63,738 nucleotides of DNA, filler included, from Chiloscyllium plagiosum (GCF_004010195.1; 4 parts of one record of this genome joined end to end with filler, not necessarily neighbours in it), one strand, 5' to 3'; shown: positions 36,405 through 50,981, numbered from the whole stretch's first letter. The notes: generated from the letters alone by a model not told the origin. A program made the numbers and translations.

Positions 36405-38725
36405 TCTAGAATTCCAGGTAGATCACATCCAGTGGCTCTCCTTGGTCTAACCTACTCGCTAGTTTCTCAAAGAATTCTAACAGGTTTGTCAGGCATGACC
36501 TCCCCATGCTGAAACCATGCTGACTCTGACCTGTTTTATCATACACTTCCATACTTTCAGAAATCTCATCCTTCAGAATGGATTCCCGGATTTTACCCAC
36601 ATGGACGGGTTGGACCGAAGGGTCTGTTTCCATGCTGTATGTCTCTGTGACTCTATGACTGAGGTGAGGCTAATCGGTCTGGAACTTTCCGTTCTTGTCT
36701 TACTCCCCTTTTAAACAGGGGATGTCACGTTAGTGATTTTCCAGTCCTCTGGGACCCTCCCTGATCCTTGTAATTCCTGACAGATCACCACTAACACCCC
36801 CACTATCTCTTCGGCTATCTCCCTGAGAACTCCATCTGCTCCTTACTGTATTTATTTTCACCACCCTCTGGCAGTGTGTTCAAGGCACCTACCCACCCTC
36901 TGTGTAAAAACCTTGCCCCTCACGCCTCCTTTCAACTTTTCCCCCCTCTCACCTTAAATGCATGTCCTCCAGTTTTCGACATTTCAACTCTGGGGCAAAG
37001 ATTCTGACCGATCTATGCACCTCATAATTTTATAGACTTCTGTCAAGTCCATCACTCCACAGGAAACAACCCGAGTTTTTCCAGCCTCTCCTTATCGGTC
37101 ACACCCTCTCATCCAGGCTGCATCCTGGGAAACCTCTTTTGTACCTTCTCTATGTGTGGTCTCACCAAAGTCTTACAAAAACCGCAACATACTAACCTGA
37201 CTCTTGTACTCAGTTCCCTGACCAATAAAGGGATGCATGCTGTACACCCTCTTTCCCACCCTGTCTACCTGCGTGGCCACTTCCAGGGAGCTCGGGACTG
37301 CAACCCCAAAGTCCCTCTGTACATCAGTGCTGTTCAGCGTCCTGCCAATAACTGGATACCTTTCCTAAACATTTGATCTCCCAGTCACCGACCCCCAGCC
37401 TGAAAAACCTTTCCCCCACTACCCTCTGCCTTCCCAGGGCAAGCCAATTCTGAATCCACACAGGCAAGGCCCCGTGGATCCTGTGAATCTTAATCTTCTG
37501 GATGAGCCGACCATGAGGGACCTTGTCGAAAGCCTTACTAAAATCTACGTGGGCAACATCCACTGCTCTATCCTCATCAATCACCTTCTTCACCTCCTCA
37601 AAAGATTCAATCATGTTAGTAATCCATGACCTGCCCCACACAGAGCCATGCTGACTGGCCCTAACTAGGTCATGCTTGTCCAAATACATGTAAATCCTAT
37701 CCCTAAGAATTCCCTCCAATAGCTTCCCAACCACCGACGTGAGACTCCCTGGTCTATAGTTTCCTGGATTATCTCTATTTCCCTTCTTGAACAGAGGAAC
37801 AACATTAGCTACTCACTAGTCCTCCGGTACCCCTCCAGTGCGTAGCGAGGATACACAGATCTTACTCAAGGCTCCAGCAATCTCCCCTCTTGTCTCTCTC
37901 AGTAACCTGGAGTAGATACCATTGGGCCCTGGGGATTTATCCACCTTAACGCTCTTCAAGCACCCAGCACCACATCTTTCATAATCTCCGAATGCCCTCA
38001 TATATTAGCATGCTCCACCCAAACTCACCACCCTCCATATCCTTCCCCTGGGTGAATACTGACACAAAGTACTCATTTAGGATCGCACCCACATCCTCTG
38101 CCTCCAAGCACTAGTACCCTCCTTTATCCTGGAATGGTCTTACCTTCTCCCTTGTTATCCTCTTGTTATTAATGTCTCTGTAGAATACCTTGGGTTTCTC
38201 TCTAACCCGACTTACCAAGGTCATCTCATCGCCCCTCCTTGCTTCCCTGCTTGAGTACTTACCTGCTTTTCTTATATTCCCCATGGACCCTGTCTGATTT
38301 TAGCTTCCTAAACCTTACAGATGCTTCTTTTACCCTTTTGACTAAATTCCCAACCCCCCCTCGTTATCCAAGGATCCCTTGCCTTGCCATCCTTACCCTC
38401 CCTCCTTACTGGGACATGCTGCTCCTGAACTCTCCCCAGCAGGTCTTTAAACAACTCCCACATGTCCAAGTGTGGCCTTGCCTGATCACAGCTCCTCCCA
38501 ATTAACACTCCCTAGCTCCGGCCTAACACTGACGGAATTTACTTTCCTTCAATTTAGTCCCTTCCCACAAGGTCCTGACTTATCTTTGTTCAAAGCTATC
38601 TTAAAACTGAAGGAGTTGTGATCACTGTTTCCAAGATGCTCTGCCAGTGAAAGGTCAGTCACCTGACCAGGACCATTAACCAATACGAGGCCCAGTGTGG
38701 CCCCTCCTGTAGTTGGACTATGCAC
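36405..38725 (-). mobile_element. CR1 ORF2 fragments (mosaic)
   Basis: QHGFSMGRSCLTNL, DFSKAFDKVPHGRL, VDKSPGPNG and EHLGNSDHNS. Confidence 0.88.
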
Positions 38726-40380
38726 GTACTGTTTCAAGTGTTTACTGCAGAGCAGGATATGGAAACTGGAGGACTTGGGGAAACAGATAGTGATATCTTG
38801 GAAAGTGTTCATATTACAGAGGAGGAAGGTCAGCATGCCTTAAAACACATACAGGTGGATAAATCCGCAGCATCTGATCAGATGGGCCTTAGAACTTTGT
38901 TGGAAGCTAGGAAAGTAATTGCTGGGCCCGTGGTTGAGATATTTGTATTATCTATATACATGAGTGAGGTGCCGGAAGATTTGTGGTTGGCTAACGTAGT
39001 GCCACCGTTTAAGAAGGGCGGTAAGGACAAGCCAGGGAACTATAGACCGGTGAGCCTGACTTCGGTGGTGGGCAAGTTGTTGGAGGGAATCCTGAGGGAC
39101 AGGATTTATAAGCATTTGGAAAGGCAAGGACTGATTCGGGATAGTCAACATGGCTTTGCGCGTGTGAGATCATGTCTCACAAACCTGATTGAGTTTCTTG
39201 AAGAAGTGACAAAGAGGATTGATGAGGGCAGAGCAGTAGATGTTGTCTATGTGGACTTCTGCAAGGCATGCAATAAGGTTCTGCAGGGTAAACAGCTTAG
39301 CAAGGTTAGCTCACATGGAATCCAGGGAGAGTTAGCCACCTTGATAGGTAGTGGCTTGAAGGTACGAGGTAGAGGGTGGTGGTGGAGGGTTGTTTTTCAG
39401 ACTGGAGGCCTGTGACCAGTGGAGTGCCACAAGGATCGGTGCTGGGTCCACTACTTTTCATCATTTATATAAATGATTTGGATGTGAACATAGGAGATAT
39501 AGTTAGTAAGTTTGCAGATGACACCAAAATTGATGGTATAGTGGACACTGAAAATTGTTATTCAGAGTTTAACGAGACTTTGACCAGATGGGCCGATGGG
39601 CTGAGGAGTGGCAGCTGGAGTTTAATTTAGATAAACGCGAGGTGGTGTATTTTGGAAAAGCAAATCCAGGCAGGATTTAAACACTTAATGTTTAGGTCCT
39701 GGGGAGTGCTGCTGAACACAAATACCTTGGAGTACAGCTATATCGTTCCTTGAAAGTGGAGTCACAGGTAGATAGGATAGTGAAGAAGGCGTTTGGTATG
39801 CTTTCCTTTATTGGTCAGAGTATTGAGTACAGGAGTCGGGAGGTCATGTTGCGGCTGTACAGGACATTGGTTAGGCCACTGTTGGAATATCGTGTGCAAT
39901 TCTGGTCTCCCTACTATAGGAAGGATGTTGAGAACTTGAAAGGGTTCAAGAAAGATATTGCTAGGGTTGGAGGGTGTGAGTTATAGGGAGAGGCTGAGTA
40001 GGTTGGGGCTATTTTCCTTGGAGCATTGAACCTGATAGAGGTTTATAAAATCATGAGAGGCATGAATAGTGAGGGTCTTTTCCCCAAGGTAGGAGAGTTC
40101 AAAACTAGGGGGTATAGTGGTGAGAGGGGAAAGGTTTAAAAGAAACCTAAGGGGCAACTTTTTTCACACAGAGGGTGGTATGTGTATGGAATGAGCTGCC
40201 AGAGGAAGTGGTGGAGGCTGGTACAATTACAACATTTAAAAGGCATCTGGATGGGGATATGAATAGGAAGGGTTTGGAGGGATACGGGCCGGGTGCTGGC
40301 AAATTGGGGTAAGTTTAGTTTTGACACTTGGCCGATGTGGGTGAGTTGGACTGATGATTCCATGCTGTGTAGCTCCATGG
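38726..40380 (+). mobile_element. 5'-truncated CR1 (RT to 3' UTR)
   Basis: [35 protein letters not shown] and 3' UTR. Confidence 0.92.
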
Positions 40381-40687
40381 CTCAACCCTCCGAGTTGTTG
40401 TGTAACTGAACAGTGTATGATCCAGCCTGCTGTTTCTCCACTTCCTTCCAATCCAAGGGAATGGGCTAAAGTCCAGTAACACTGCTCTGTAACATCTGCC
40501 ATCTCAAAATATTCCAACTACATCATCGTGGAATGTTGAAATAAATTCTGTGGCAATTGATAGAAGGAAAGGCTGCATTTATCTATCATCTGTCCAAATA
40601 TTCAGCATTTGCAGATGCAATCCATGTTCTGATGTGGGAAAGACAGCAGGTAAACTGTGCAGAGTATGCTCCCATAAGCAGCGATAT

Positions 40688-41380
40688 AGCTCCTTGAAAG
40701 TGGAGTCGCTGGTAGATAGGATAGTGAAGAAGGCGTTTGGTATGCTTTCCCTTATTGGTCAGAGTATTGCGTACAGGAGTTGGGAGGTCATGTTGCGGCT
40801 GTACAGGACATTGGTTAGGCCACTGTTGGAATATTGCGTGCAATTCTGGTCTCCTTCCTATCGGAAAGATGTTGCGAAACTTGAAAGGGTTCAGAAAAGA
40901 TTTACAAGGATGTTGCCAGGGTTGGAGGGTCTGAGCTGCAGGGAGAGGCTGAACAGGCTGGGGCTGTTTTCCCTGGAGCGTCGGAGGCTGAGGGGTGACC
41001 TTATAGAGATTTACAAAATTATGAGGGGCATGGATAGGATAAATAGACAAAGTCTTTTCCCTGGGGTGGGGGAGTCCAGAACTAGAGGGCATAGGTTTAG
41101 GGTGAGAGGGGAAAGATATAAAAGAGACCTAAGGGGCAACCTTTTCACCCAGAGGGTGGTACGTGTTTGGAATGAGCTGCCAGAGGATGTGGTGGAGGCT
41201 GGTACAATTGCAACATTTAAGAGGCATTTGGATGGGTATATGAATAGGAAGGGTTTGGAGGGATATGGGCCAGGTGCTGGCAGGTTGGACTAGATTGGGT
41301 TGGGATATCTGGTCGGCATGGACGGGTTGGACCGAAGGGTCTGTTTCCATGCTGTACATCTCGATGACTCTATGACTGTA
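40688..41380 (+). mobile_element. Young CR1 3' end with an open reading frame to the stop at 41293
   Basis: Uninterrupted SLKVESLVDR...GYGPGAGRLD* and an (ATGACTCT)-type tail. Confidence 0.93.
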
Positions 41381-41599
41381 ACCCATGTTGATTAAGAGCT
41401 AAGTATTAGTTTGGACAGTAGCACCATGGAATCTCCCAGGGCCACACAGCGGCAGCCAATGCTTTGTGACCTTATATCGAGGAAAGCACCTCCGATAGTA
41501 CAGCCTTGGAGCTGGACTTAGCCCAGAACGTCCTGTCTCAGAGGCAAGAGTGTGACCCTCTGACACAGGGTGTTTTTAGAAAATATGGTCATGGTCACT

Positions 41600-42880
41600 A
41601 GAACAAAGAGAACAAAGAACATTTGCAGCCCAGGAACCGGCCCTTCGGCCCCTCCAAGCCTGAGCCGATCCAAACCTGTCGCCCAATTCCTCAGCATCTG
41701 TATCCCTCTGCCTCCCACCTACTCAGGCATCTGTCCAGACGCATCTTAAATGAATCTACCGTGCCTGCCTCTACCGGCAACGCGTCCCAGACACCCACCA
41801 CCCTCTGTGTGAAGTACATGCCCCGTGTATCCCCCTTAAACTTTCCGCCTCTCACTTTGAAAGCGTGACCTCTCGTTACTGAATCCCTCACCCTGGGAAA
41901 CAGCTTGTCTCTATCCACCCTGTCTATACCCTTCATGATTTTGTAAACCTCAGTCAGGTTTACAATCAGTTTGCCTATCACTGATAAGCCCATTCTTTTC
42001 CACATATAAATAGATTGTTTCCCTCAATACCCTCTCGAACAACTTCCCCACCACCGACATTGGGCTCACTGGTCTGTAGTTACCCGGAATATCCCTACTA
42101 TCCTTCTTGTACAGGGGGACACCATGAGCAACCCTCCAGTCCTCCAGCACCTCACCTGTATTTAAGGATGTCACAAAGATATCTGTCAGGGCCCCAGCTA
42201 TTTCCTCTCTCGCCTCCCTCAGTAACCTGGGATCGATCCCATCCAGTCCTGGGGATTTATCCACCTTAATACCCTCTAGCCTACCCAACACCTCTTCCTA
42301 CTTATATCTACGTGATCCAGACTAATCAAACTTCTATCTCTAATCTCAACATTCATCATGTCCCTCTCCTCTGATGCAAAGTAATCATTCAGAGTCTCAC
42401 CCATTCTCTCAGGTTCGACACACAGCCTTCCTTCCTTATCCTTTAGTGGACCAATCCTTTCTCTAGTTACCCACTTGCTTCTTATATAAGAACAAAATGC
42501 TTTGGGATTCTCCTTTAGTCTGCTCACTAAAGCTATTTCATGACACCTTTTAGCCCGCTTGATTCCTCGTTTAAGACTTGTCCTACTCTCCCAATATTCC
42601 TCCAGGGCCTGTTCTGTTCTGAGCTGCCTGGACCTTATGTACGCTTCCCTTTCCCTCTTGGCTAGTTGTACAATTCCTCCTGTCATCCACGGTTCACAAA
42701 TCTTGCCCTTCCTATCCTTTGCCTTCAATAGGACATGCCTATCCTGCACTATCTTTAACATATCTTTTGAAAGCCTCTCACATCTCGAATGTCGACTTCC
42801 CTTCAAATAGCTGTGTCCAATCCACATTTCCGTGCTCCTGCGTAATCTAGATATAATTGGCCTTGGCCCAGTTTAGTACT
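41600..42880 (-). mobile_element. Internally deleted CR1
   Basis: VDKSPGLDG...NYRPVS joined directly to NLTEVYKIMKG...FTQRVVGVW, with a (TTCTTTG)n tail. Confidence 0.88.
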
Positions 42881-42973
42881 CTCCCCTCGGGAGTACTCTC
42901 CCCTCAGGACCACTCTCCCCTCAGGACCACTCTCCCCTCGGGACCACTCTCCCCTCAGGACCACTCTCCCCTC
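42880..42973. repeat. 19-bp tandem repeat (CTCTCCCCTCAGGACCACT-like)
   Basis: About 5 copies before the gap. Confidence 0.85.
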
Positions 42974-43939
42974 NNNNNNNNNNNNNNNNNNNNNNNNNNN
43001 NNNNNNNNNNNNNNNNNTTAATTAATTAANNNNNNNNNNNNNNNNNNNNNNNNNNNNNNNNNNNNNNNNNNNNCTCCCCCACCCCCCCCCCACCCCTTAC
43101 TTCCCTCCCCGTCCTGTCTGAAGTGTCTCCATCCTGGAGCATTGAGTTGCCAATCATGCTCTTCCTTCAACCAAGTCTCTGTGACTCCCGGGCACCAATC
43201 CAAGCCCTAAGCATGAAGTCTAACATTTCCCATCTCTGCAACATTCCCTGAGTCCTCCTGGCCTCAGCTGAGCTGGAGTTAAACCCTCACCTGTGTCTTT
43301 CTTACCTCCAGGGCTCAACTACTCCCTGTGTGACTCTGTCATTCTCACACAGAGGAGGTTGGTGAGCTAGAACCAACCATACCACAGAGACGGGGTTAAA
43401 TATTTTTCACTGCATTCCCACTTCTAACAGCTCCCCTTCCACTACCTCAATATCCTCTCCCTCAAACATGGTCAGCTTTCAGCCCAGAGCCACTTCCTCC
43501 AGAGGAAATGAGATGCAGTCGGTGGTGGACAATGGGACATTGACACATTCACTGAGTGGGTGAAGTGTTGGCAAATGGAGCTCAACGCAGAGAAATGTGA
43601 GGTCATCCAGTTGAGACCCAAGCTATTTCCTGCAGCGTGGGAGCCCATGTGGACATACACCACAAAGTGCGAGTGAACAAACACGAGAAACATTTGAAAG
43701 GCCAAAGGAATGTTGGACTCAACTCAGGAGGGCTGAAAGTCAGAGCAAGGGCAGCACGAGTTGTATAAGGTGTTGGTAATGTTACTGTGTGCCCTGGGGC
43801 CCTGGGTTTTCCTGTAGTTTACGGCCCACTCATTAGGAACGTACAAACCAGAATGCATGAGCAAATATATCTCATAAATGTGTTAACAAAGGAGTAGCCC
43901 ACAAGATTCAATGATAGGCTGGTTGGGGGTGGGGGGGAA

Positions 43940-43970
<31 letters not shown>

Positions 43971-45821
43971 GAGAGGCTGAATACAAAATTGTCTAAAGGG
44001 AGGGAGAGAGAGAGAAAGAGCCATTATTAGCAGGGAGAGTTGTTCACCTGGTATGCAGTATAGAGTTCCTCGGGGAGTGGAATCTTTATGTGGTATATGA
44101 ATGGGCAGGAGCCGGACATACTGGGACTGCAGTCTGGTGAAATTCGGCAGACACATGAAAGCTAACAGGGACGAGTGAAGTTCTGCATCAAAGAACAAAC
44201 AAGTTGCCTTTTTCTAAAAATGAAAGGCATCATAAATGTAATGGAACTGGGGATGTGTACCACGAGGACTTGAAGGGGGCTGGATAAGTCAAGGTGATTG
44301 CTAAAGTGGCATTTGGGATCTTAATTTGACAAAGACCTGAAAGATGAACTCTGTGCATCCCCCCACAGATGCTGACAGATATAAGAAATGCTTCCAGCTG
44401 TTTCTCTTTTATTTCAATTCACCAAAGTCTGCTTTTCTCGCGTTTCAAGATCCAGGGTTTCATAAATAGAATCACATTCCGCAAAAGCAAGGAGCTATTC
44501 TCAATCGTCCTAAAACGCTGGTTCAGCCTTGGAGTGCTGTGTTCAGTTCTGGGTTCCACATATGGATGGACACAAGGTCTTGAGGAAAGTACAGAAGAGA
44601 TTTACTAGAATCGTAGCGGCGATTAATTTGAAGAGACAAGGGACGGAGAATAGGGCAATGGGGCAAGGAGATACTTTCACTGAAGAAGACAGCGTGGACG
44701 AGATGGGCCAAGTGATCTCCTTCTCGTCTCCACACGCCTGGTGTTTTATCCCTATTTGATGATACGGTGTAATACACGCTCTGGACACTCTTGGCTATGT
44801 TTCATCTCTGAAACACTCTCTGACTCTCACCACATCCNNNNNNNNNNNNNNNNNNNNNNNNNNNNNNNNNNNNNNNNNNNNNNNNNNNNNNNNNNNNNNN
44901 NNNNNNNNNNNNNNNNNNNNNNNNNNNNNNNNNNNNNNNNNNNNNNNNNNNNNNNNNNNNNNNNNNNNNNNNNNNNNNNNNNNNNNNNNNNNNNNNNNNN
45001 NNNNNNNNNNNNNNNNNNNNNNNNNNNNNNNNNNNNNNNNNNNNNNNNNNNNNNNNNNNNNNNNNNNNNNNNNNNNNNNNNNNNNNNNNNNNNNNNNNNN
45101 NNNNNNNNNNNNNNNNNNNNNNNNNNNNNNNNNNNNNNNNNNNNNNNNNNNNNNNNNNNNNNNNNNNNNNNNNNNNNNNNNNNNNNNNNNNNNNNNNNNN
45201 NNNNNNNNNNNNNNNNNNNNNNNNNNNNNNNNNNNNNNNNNNNNNNNNNNNNNNNNNNNNNNNNNNNNNNNNNNNNNNNNNNNNNNNNNNNNNNNNNNNN
45301 NNNNNNNNNNNNNNNNNNNNNNNNNNNNNNNNNNNNNAGTTTGGGGAGGTGGGGAGAAGGGAAAGATGGGCCATGAATCAGCAAGTGGAGGGGAGGAGCT
45401 CCAATCTAGCAAAAACCTCAGCCGTCCCGTAAGCTCAACTCTGACTGAGTAAAAAGAGAAACAAAAGGCTTCTCTGATCACATCAGTTCCCATCACACCA
45501 AGTAAATAACACTGTCAGTGTGTCAGTGCAGGGTGTAACCAACACAGACTCAACACTGGGAGGGACATTCAGGAAATATTGAGTTGCTTGCTGCAAGCCA
45601 CAGCCATAATCACGAATACAGACTTGAGAAAACAACTGCTGGCATGTAGCCAGCTTGGGCCTGGGCCTGCTCTGCTCAGAGACGCTGGAGAGGGAAGATT
45701 AACAAGGAGCCTCTCAGACTGGAGGCCAGACAGCTTGAAAACAAGCTAATCCAATCCTCAGCAAACAGTAACCAACCCATCCACACCCAATGGCGATAAA
45801 GAGAAATTACTCAAACCAAAA

Positions 45822-46134
45822 CGGCACGGTGGCACAGTGGTTAGCACTGCTGCCTCACAGCGCCAGAGACCCGGGTTCCATTCCCGCCTCAGGTGACTGA
45901 CTGTGTGGAGTTTGCACGTTCTCCCCGTGTCTGCGTGGGTTTCCTCCGGGTGCTCCGGTTTCCTCCCACAGTCCAAAGATGTGCAGATCAGGTGAATTGG
46001 CCATGCTAAATTGCCCGTAGTGTTAGGTAAGGGGTAAATGTAGGGGTATGGGTGGGTTGCGCTTCGGCGGGGCGGTGTGGACTTGTTGGGCCGAAGGGCC
46101 TGTTTCCACACTGTAAGTAATCTAATCTAATCTA
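45822..46134 (+). mobile_element. Full-length HE1-type V-SINE
   Basis: tRNA head, V-core, GGGCCGAAGGGCCTGTTTCCACACTG and (TAATC)n tail. Confidence 0.93.
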
Positions 46135-46334
46135 AAAAACAATGTATAGAAGGAGACAGGAGGCAGAGGAGATGGAATGAGAGAGAGAAAGAGAGAGTGT
46201 GTGTGTGTGTGTGGTGGCTGGGTGGAGAGACAGGAGCCCGGTGAGACAGAGAGAGAGAGAGACAGACAGACAGAGAGCAAGAAGTCTGAATATAGATAAA
46301 TCACCCAGACTAGAAATATATACAGGCAAAAGAT

Positions 46335-48680
46335 ACACTTACACCCCAGAGTTCTGAAAGAGATAGCAAGGAAATTGTAGAGGCACTGGTGATCTTTCAG
46401 GAGCCCCAGAGAACTAGAAAATGATTAATGTAACACCCCTGTTTAAGACAGGAGGGAGGCAGAAGATAGGAAACTGTAGGCTGGTTGGGCCTGACTTTGG
46501 TGGTTGGTAAGATTTTAGTGCTCATTATTAAGCATGTGATTGCACAGAACTTGGAAATGCAGGGTAAAATAGGGCTGATTCAGGATGGCTTCGTCAAGGG
46601 AAGATGATGCCTGACAAATCTATTAGAATTCTTTGAGAAAATAATCAGCAAATTAGACGAAGGAGAACCAGTAGATGTGATTGGATTTCCAGAATGCTTT
46701 TAACAAGGTGCCGCACATGAGACTACGAAATAAGATAAGAGCTCATGGTGTTACAGGCAAGGCACTGGTACAAGAGAGGATTGGCCAACTGGCCGAAGGC
46801 AGAGGAGGGTAGAGGCGTCTTTTTCAGGATGGCAGCCAGTGATGAGTGGAGTTCTGCAGGGGTCAGAGTTGGGAGCATACCTATTCACATTGTACAAGCT
46901 CAATCTAGAACAGAGGGCACTGTCGCTATATTTGCAGATGCCACAAAGATGGACAATGATGGTAAGGTAAGGGACTCTTGGATAATGGAGGTGGTTATGA
47001 ATTTAATCAAAAGGAAAAAGCTAAAATCAGACAGTACACGTGAGGAATCTAAGGAAAGCAGGAAAGAACTCAAGCAGGGAATTAGGAGGGGAAGGAGGGG
47101 CAATGAAATGACCTTGGTAAGTCGGGTTAGAGAGAAACCCAAGGTATTCTACAGAGACATTAAAAACAAGAGGATAACAAGGGAGAAGGTAAGACCGCTC
47201 CAGGATAAAGGAGGGTACTAGTGCTTGGAGGCAGAGAATGTGGGTGCGATCCTAAATGAGTACTTTGTGTCAGTATTCACCCAGGGGAAGGATATGGAGG
47301 GTGGTGAGATTTGTGTGGAGCATGCTAATATATGAGGGCATTTTGAGATGATGAAAGATGTGGTGCTGGGTGCTTGAAGAGCGTCAAGGTGGATAAATCC
47401 CCAGGGCCCAATGGTATCTACTCCAGGTTACTGAGAGAGACAAGAGGGGAGATTGCTGGGGCCTTGAGTAAGATCTGTGTATCCTCCCTACGCACTGGAG
47501 GGGTACCGGAGGACTAGTGAGTAGCTAATGTTGTTCCTCTGTTCAAGAAGGGAAATAGGGATAATCCAGGAAACTATAGACCAGGGAGTCTCACATCGGT
47601 GGTTGGGAAGCTATTGGAGAGTTGCCCTGGGAAGGCAGAGGGTAGTGGGGGAAGGGTGTTTTTCAGGCTGGGGCGTCGGTGACTGGTGGGGTTCCACAGG
47701 GATCAGTACTGGGCCCTCTGCTGTTTTGTGAGATGTATAAATGACCTGGATGAAAGTGTAGATGGGTGGGTTAGTAAGTTTGTAGGTGATACAAAGATCA
47801 GGGGGAGTTGTTGATAGTGTTGAAGGTTGTCAAAGGATACAGTGGGATAGAGATCAGTTGCAGATATGGGCAGAGAAATGGCAGATGGAGTTTAATCCGG
47901 GGATGTGTGAGGTGGTGCACTTTGGGAAATCAAATGTTTAGGAAATGTATTCAGTTAATGGCAGGGCCCTGAACAGCATTGATGTACAGAGGGATCTTGG
48001 GGTTGCAGTCCCTAGCTCCCTGAAAGTGGCCACGCAGGTAGACAGGGGGGGAAAGAAGGTGTATAACACGCTTGCCTTTGTTGGTTGGGGAATTGAGGAC
48101 AAGACTCAGGGTGTCATCTTGCAGCCTTATAAAACTTTGGGTAGATCACACAGAGTATTGTATTCAATGCTGGTCGCCACATTACAGGGGGGATGTGGAG
48201 GCTTTGAAGAGGTTTACCAGAATGCCCCCTCGGTTAAAGCGTATGAGCCATAAGGAGAGGCTAGAAAAACTCAAGGCTGTTTTCTCTGGAATAGTGGAGA
48301 CTGAGGGGAGACTTGATACAAGTCTACAAAATTATGAGATGCAGAGATGGGGTTGATGGTCAGAATCTTTTTCCCCAGAGTTGAAATCTCTAAAACTAGG
48401 GGGCATGCATTTAAGGTGAGAGGGGGAAGTTCAAAGCGAGATGTGAGGGACAGGTTTTTGACACAGTGTGGTCGGAGACTGGAATTCGCTGCCAGGGGTG
48501 GTGGTGGAGGAGGCAGATATGATAGGGACATTCAAGGGGCTTTTAAATAAACACATGAATATGCAAGGAATGAAGGGATATGGACCAAGGGCAGGCAGAA
48601 GGGATTAATTAAATTTGATGTCCTCTTTGGCACAACATGGTGGGCCAGAGATCCCTTCCTGTACTGTACTGTTCTACAAT
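46335..48680 (+). mobile_element. Two adjacent decayed CR1 ORF2 segments
   Basis: RT motif remnants, KPKVFYRDIKNKR, SLKVATQVDR and a 3' UTR near 48640-48680. Confidence 0.85.
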
Positions 48681-48934
48681 GGGTGTTGAGGCAAGGGGAA
48701 GGCTACAGAAGGATAGGCACGTGGGCAAAGAAGTGGTAGATGGGATACAATGTGAGAAAATGTGAAGTTATACACTTTGGCAGGAAGAATAGAGGTGTAG
48801 ACTGTTTTCTAAATTTTTAAAAGCTTCAGAAATCTGAAGCTAAAAAGGACTTAGGAGTCTTAGTTCAGGATTTTCTTTATGTTAACACGGAAGGCAAATG
48901 CAAAATCAGCATTCATTTCAAGACAGCGAGAATC

Positions 48935-50980
48935 CAGCACAAGAACAGGCCATTCGGCCCTCAAAGCCTGCACTGACACATCTTGCCCTTCCGTACTAGA
49001 TCTGTTTTCATTTACAGGATCCATATTCCGCTCTTCCCTTCCTATTCACGTTTTTGTCCAAGTGTTCCTTGAGTGCTGCAATTGTGTCTGTTTCCACCCC
49101 CCCCCACTGGCAGCACGTCCAGGCACTCACCACCTCTGTGTGAAAAACCTGCCTCGCACATCTCTTTTAGACATCCCACCACACACCTTGTATCTATGTC
49201 CCCTAGTAATTGGCCCTTTCACCCTGGGAAAAAGCCTCATATTTTCCGCTCTATCCATGCCATTCACAATCTTATAAATTCCTAAAACAAACCCACTTTA
49301 TCCAGCCTTTCTTCCTAGCTAAAATCCCCCATAATAGGCAACATCCTGATAAATCTTGTTCTGTATCCTCTCCAAAGCATCCACATCCTTCTGGTAGGGT
49401 GGTGACCAGAACTGTATGCAATATTTGAAGTGTGGCCTAACTGAAGTTCTATAAAGCTGCAGCATAACTTGTCTATCCTTAGACTCACTGCCCCTTTCCA
49501 ATGAAGGTAAGCATGCCATAGGCCTTTTGTTACTCCCTTATCTAGCTGCACTACCACCTTCAGTGGCCTGTGGACCTGCACACCCAGATCCCTCTGCATA
49601 TCAATATGTTTAAGGGTTCTGTACAATTGACTTGACCTTCCAAAATGCATCACCTCCCATTTGTCTGGATTAAACTCCATTTGCCATTTTGTTGCCCATG
49701 CCTCCAATTGATCTATATCCTGTTGTGTCCTCTGACAATCCTCCTCACCATCCACAACTCCACCAATCTTTGAATCATCTGCAACCTCACTAATTAGACC
49801 AGCCACGTTTTCCTCCAAATCACTTATGTCAACCACAAACAGCAGAGGTCCCAGCACTGATCCTTGTGGAACACCACTAGTCGCAGCCCTCAATTCCAAA
49901 AAACACCCCTTCCACCGCTACCCCTGTTCTGCTGAGGCTGTATAAGGCTCTGGTCAGACTATATTTGGAATATTGTGAGCAGTTTGGATGTCATATAGAA
50001 CATTACAGCGCAGTACAGGCCCTTCGGCCCTTGATGTTGCGCTGACCTGTGGAATTAATCTGAAGCCTACGTATGCTACACTATTCATTTTTCATTTATA
50101 TGCCTATCCAATGACCATTCAAATGCACTTAAAGTTGGTGAGTCTACTACTATTGCAGGCAATGTGTTCCACACCCCGACCACTCTCTGAGTAAAGAAAC
50201 TACCTCTGACATCTGTCCTATATCTATCACCCCTCAATTTAAAGCTATGGCCCCTCGGGCTAACCATCACCATCCTAGGAAAAAGGCCCTCACTGTGCAC
50301 CCTATCTAACTCTCTGACATATCTCAATTAAGTCACCTCTCAACCTTCTTCTCTCTAACGAAGACAGCCTCAAGTCCCTCAGCCTTTCCTCCAAACTTAT
50401 GAAGGGCTTATGCCCAAAACAGCGATTCTCCTACTTCTCGGGTGCTGCCTGACCTGCTGTGCTTTTCCAGCACCATACTCTGTTGTTCCCTCCATACCAG
50501 GCAAGATCCTAGTAAATCTCCTCTGAATCCATTCCAAAGCTTCCACATTCTTCCTATAATGCGGTGACCAGAACTGCATGCAATACTCCAAGTGCGGCCG
50601 CACCAGAGTTTTGTGCAGCTGCAGAATGACCTTATGGCTCCGAAACCCAATCCCCCTACTAATAAAAACTAATGTACCGTATACCTTCTTAACAGCCCTA
50701 TCGATCTGGGTGGCAACTTTCAGGCATCTGTGTACACAGACACGAAGATCCCTCTGCTCACCTAAACTACCAAGAATCTTACCTTTAACCCAGTACTCTG
50801 CATTCCTGTTACTCCTTCCAAAGTGAATCACCTCACATTTTTCTGCATTAAACTCCATTTGCCACTTCTCAACCCAGCTCTGCAGCTTATCTATGTCTCT
50901 CTGTAACCTACAACATCCTTCTGCACTGTCCACAGCCGTACCAACCTTAGTATCATCTGCAAATTTACTAACCCATACTT
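48935..50980 (-). mobile_element. Two CR1 3' halves; a Penelope repeat fragment is inserted at about 50399-50481 (+)
   Basis: [24 protein letters not shown] and LVRPHLEYCMQFWSP. The insert reads TGAAGGGCTTATGCCC...CTTTTCCAGCACC. Confidence 0.88.
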
Positions 50981-50981
50981 T

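Noticed and set aside
38549..39415. Head-to-head CR1 junction as a twin-priming inversion
   Set aside because: The two arms cover overlapping ORF2 regions and differ in sequence, so they are separate insertions.
45822..45895. tRNA genes at SINE heads
   Set aside because: The A/B boxes run into the V-core and LINE tail; these are SINEs.
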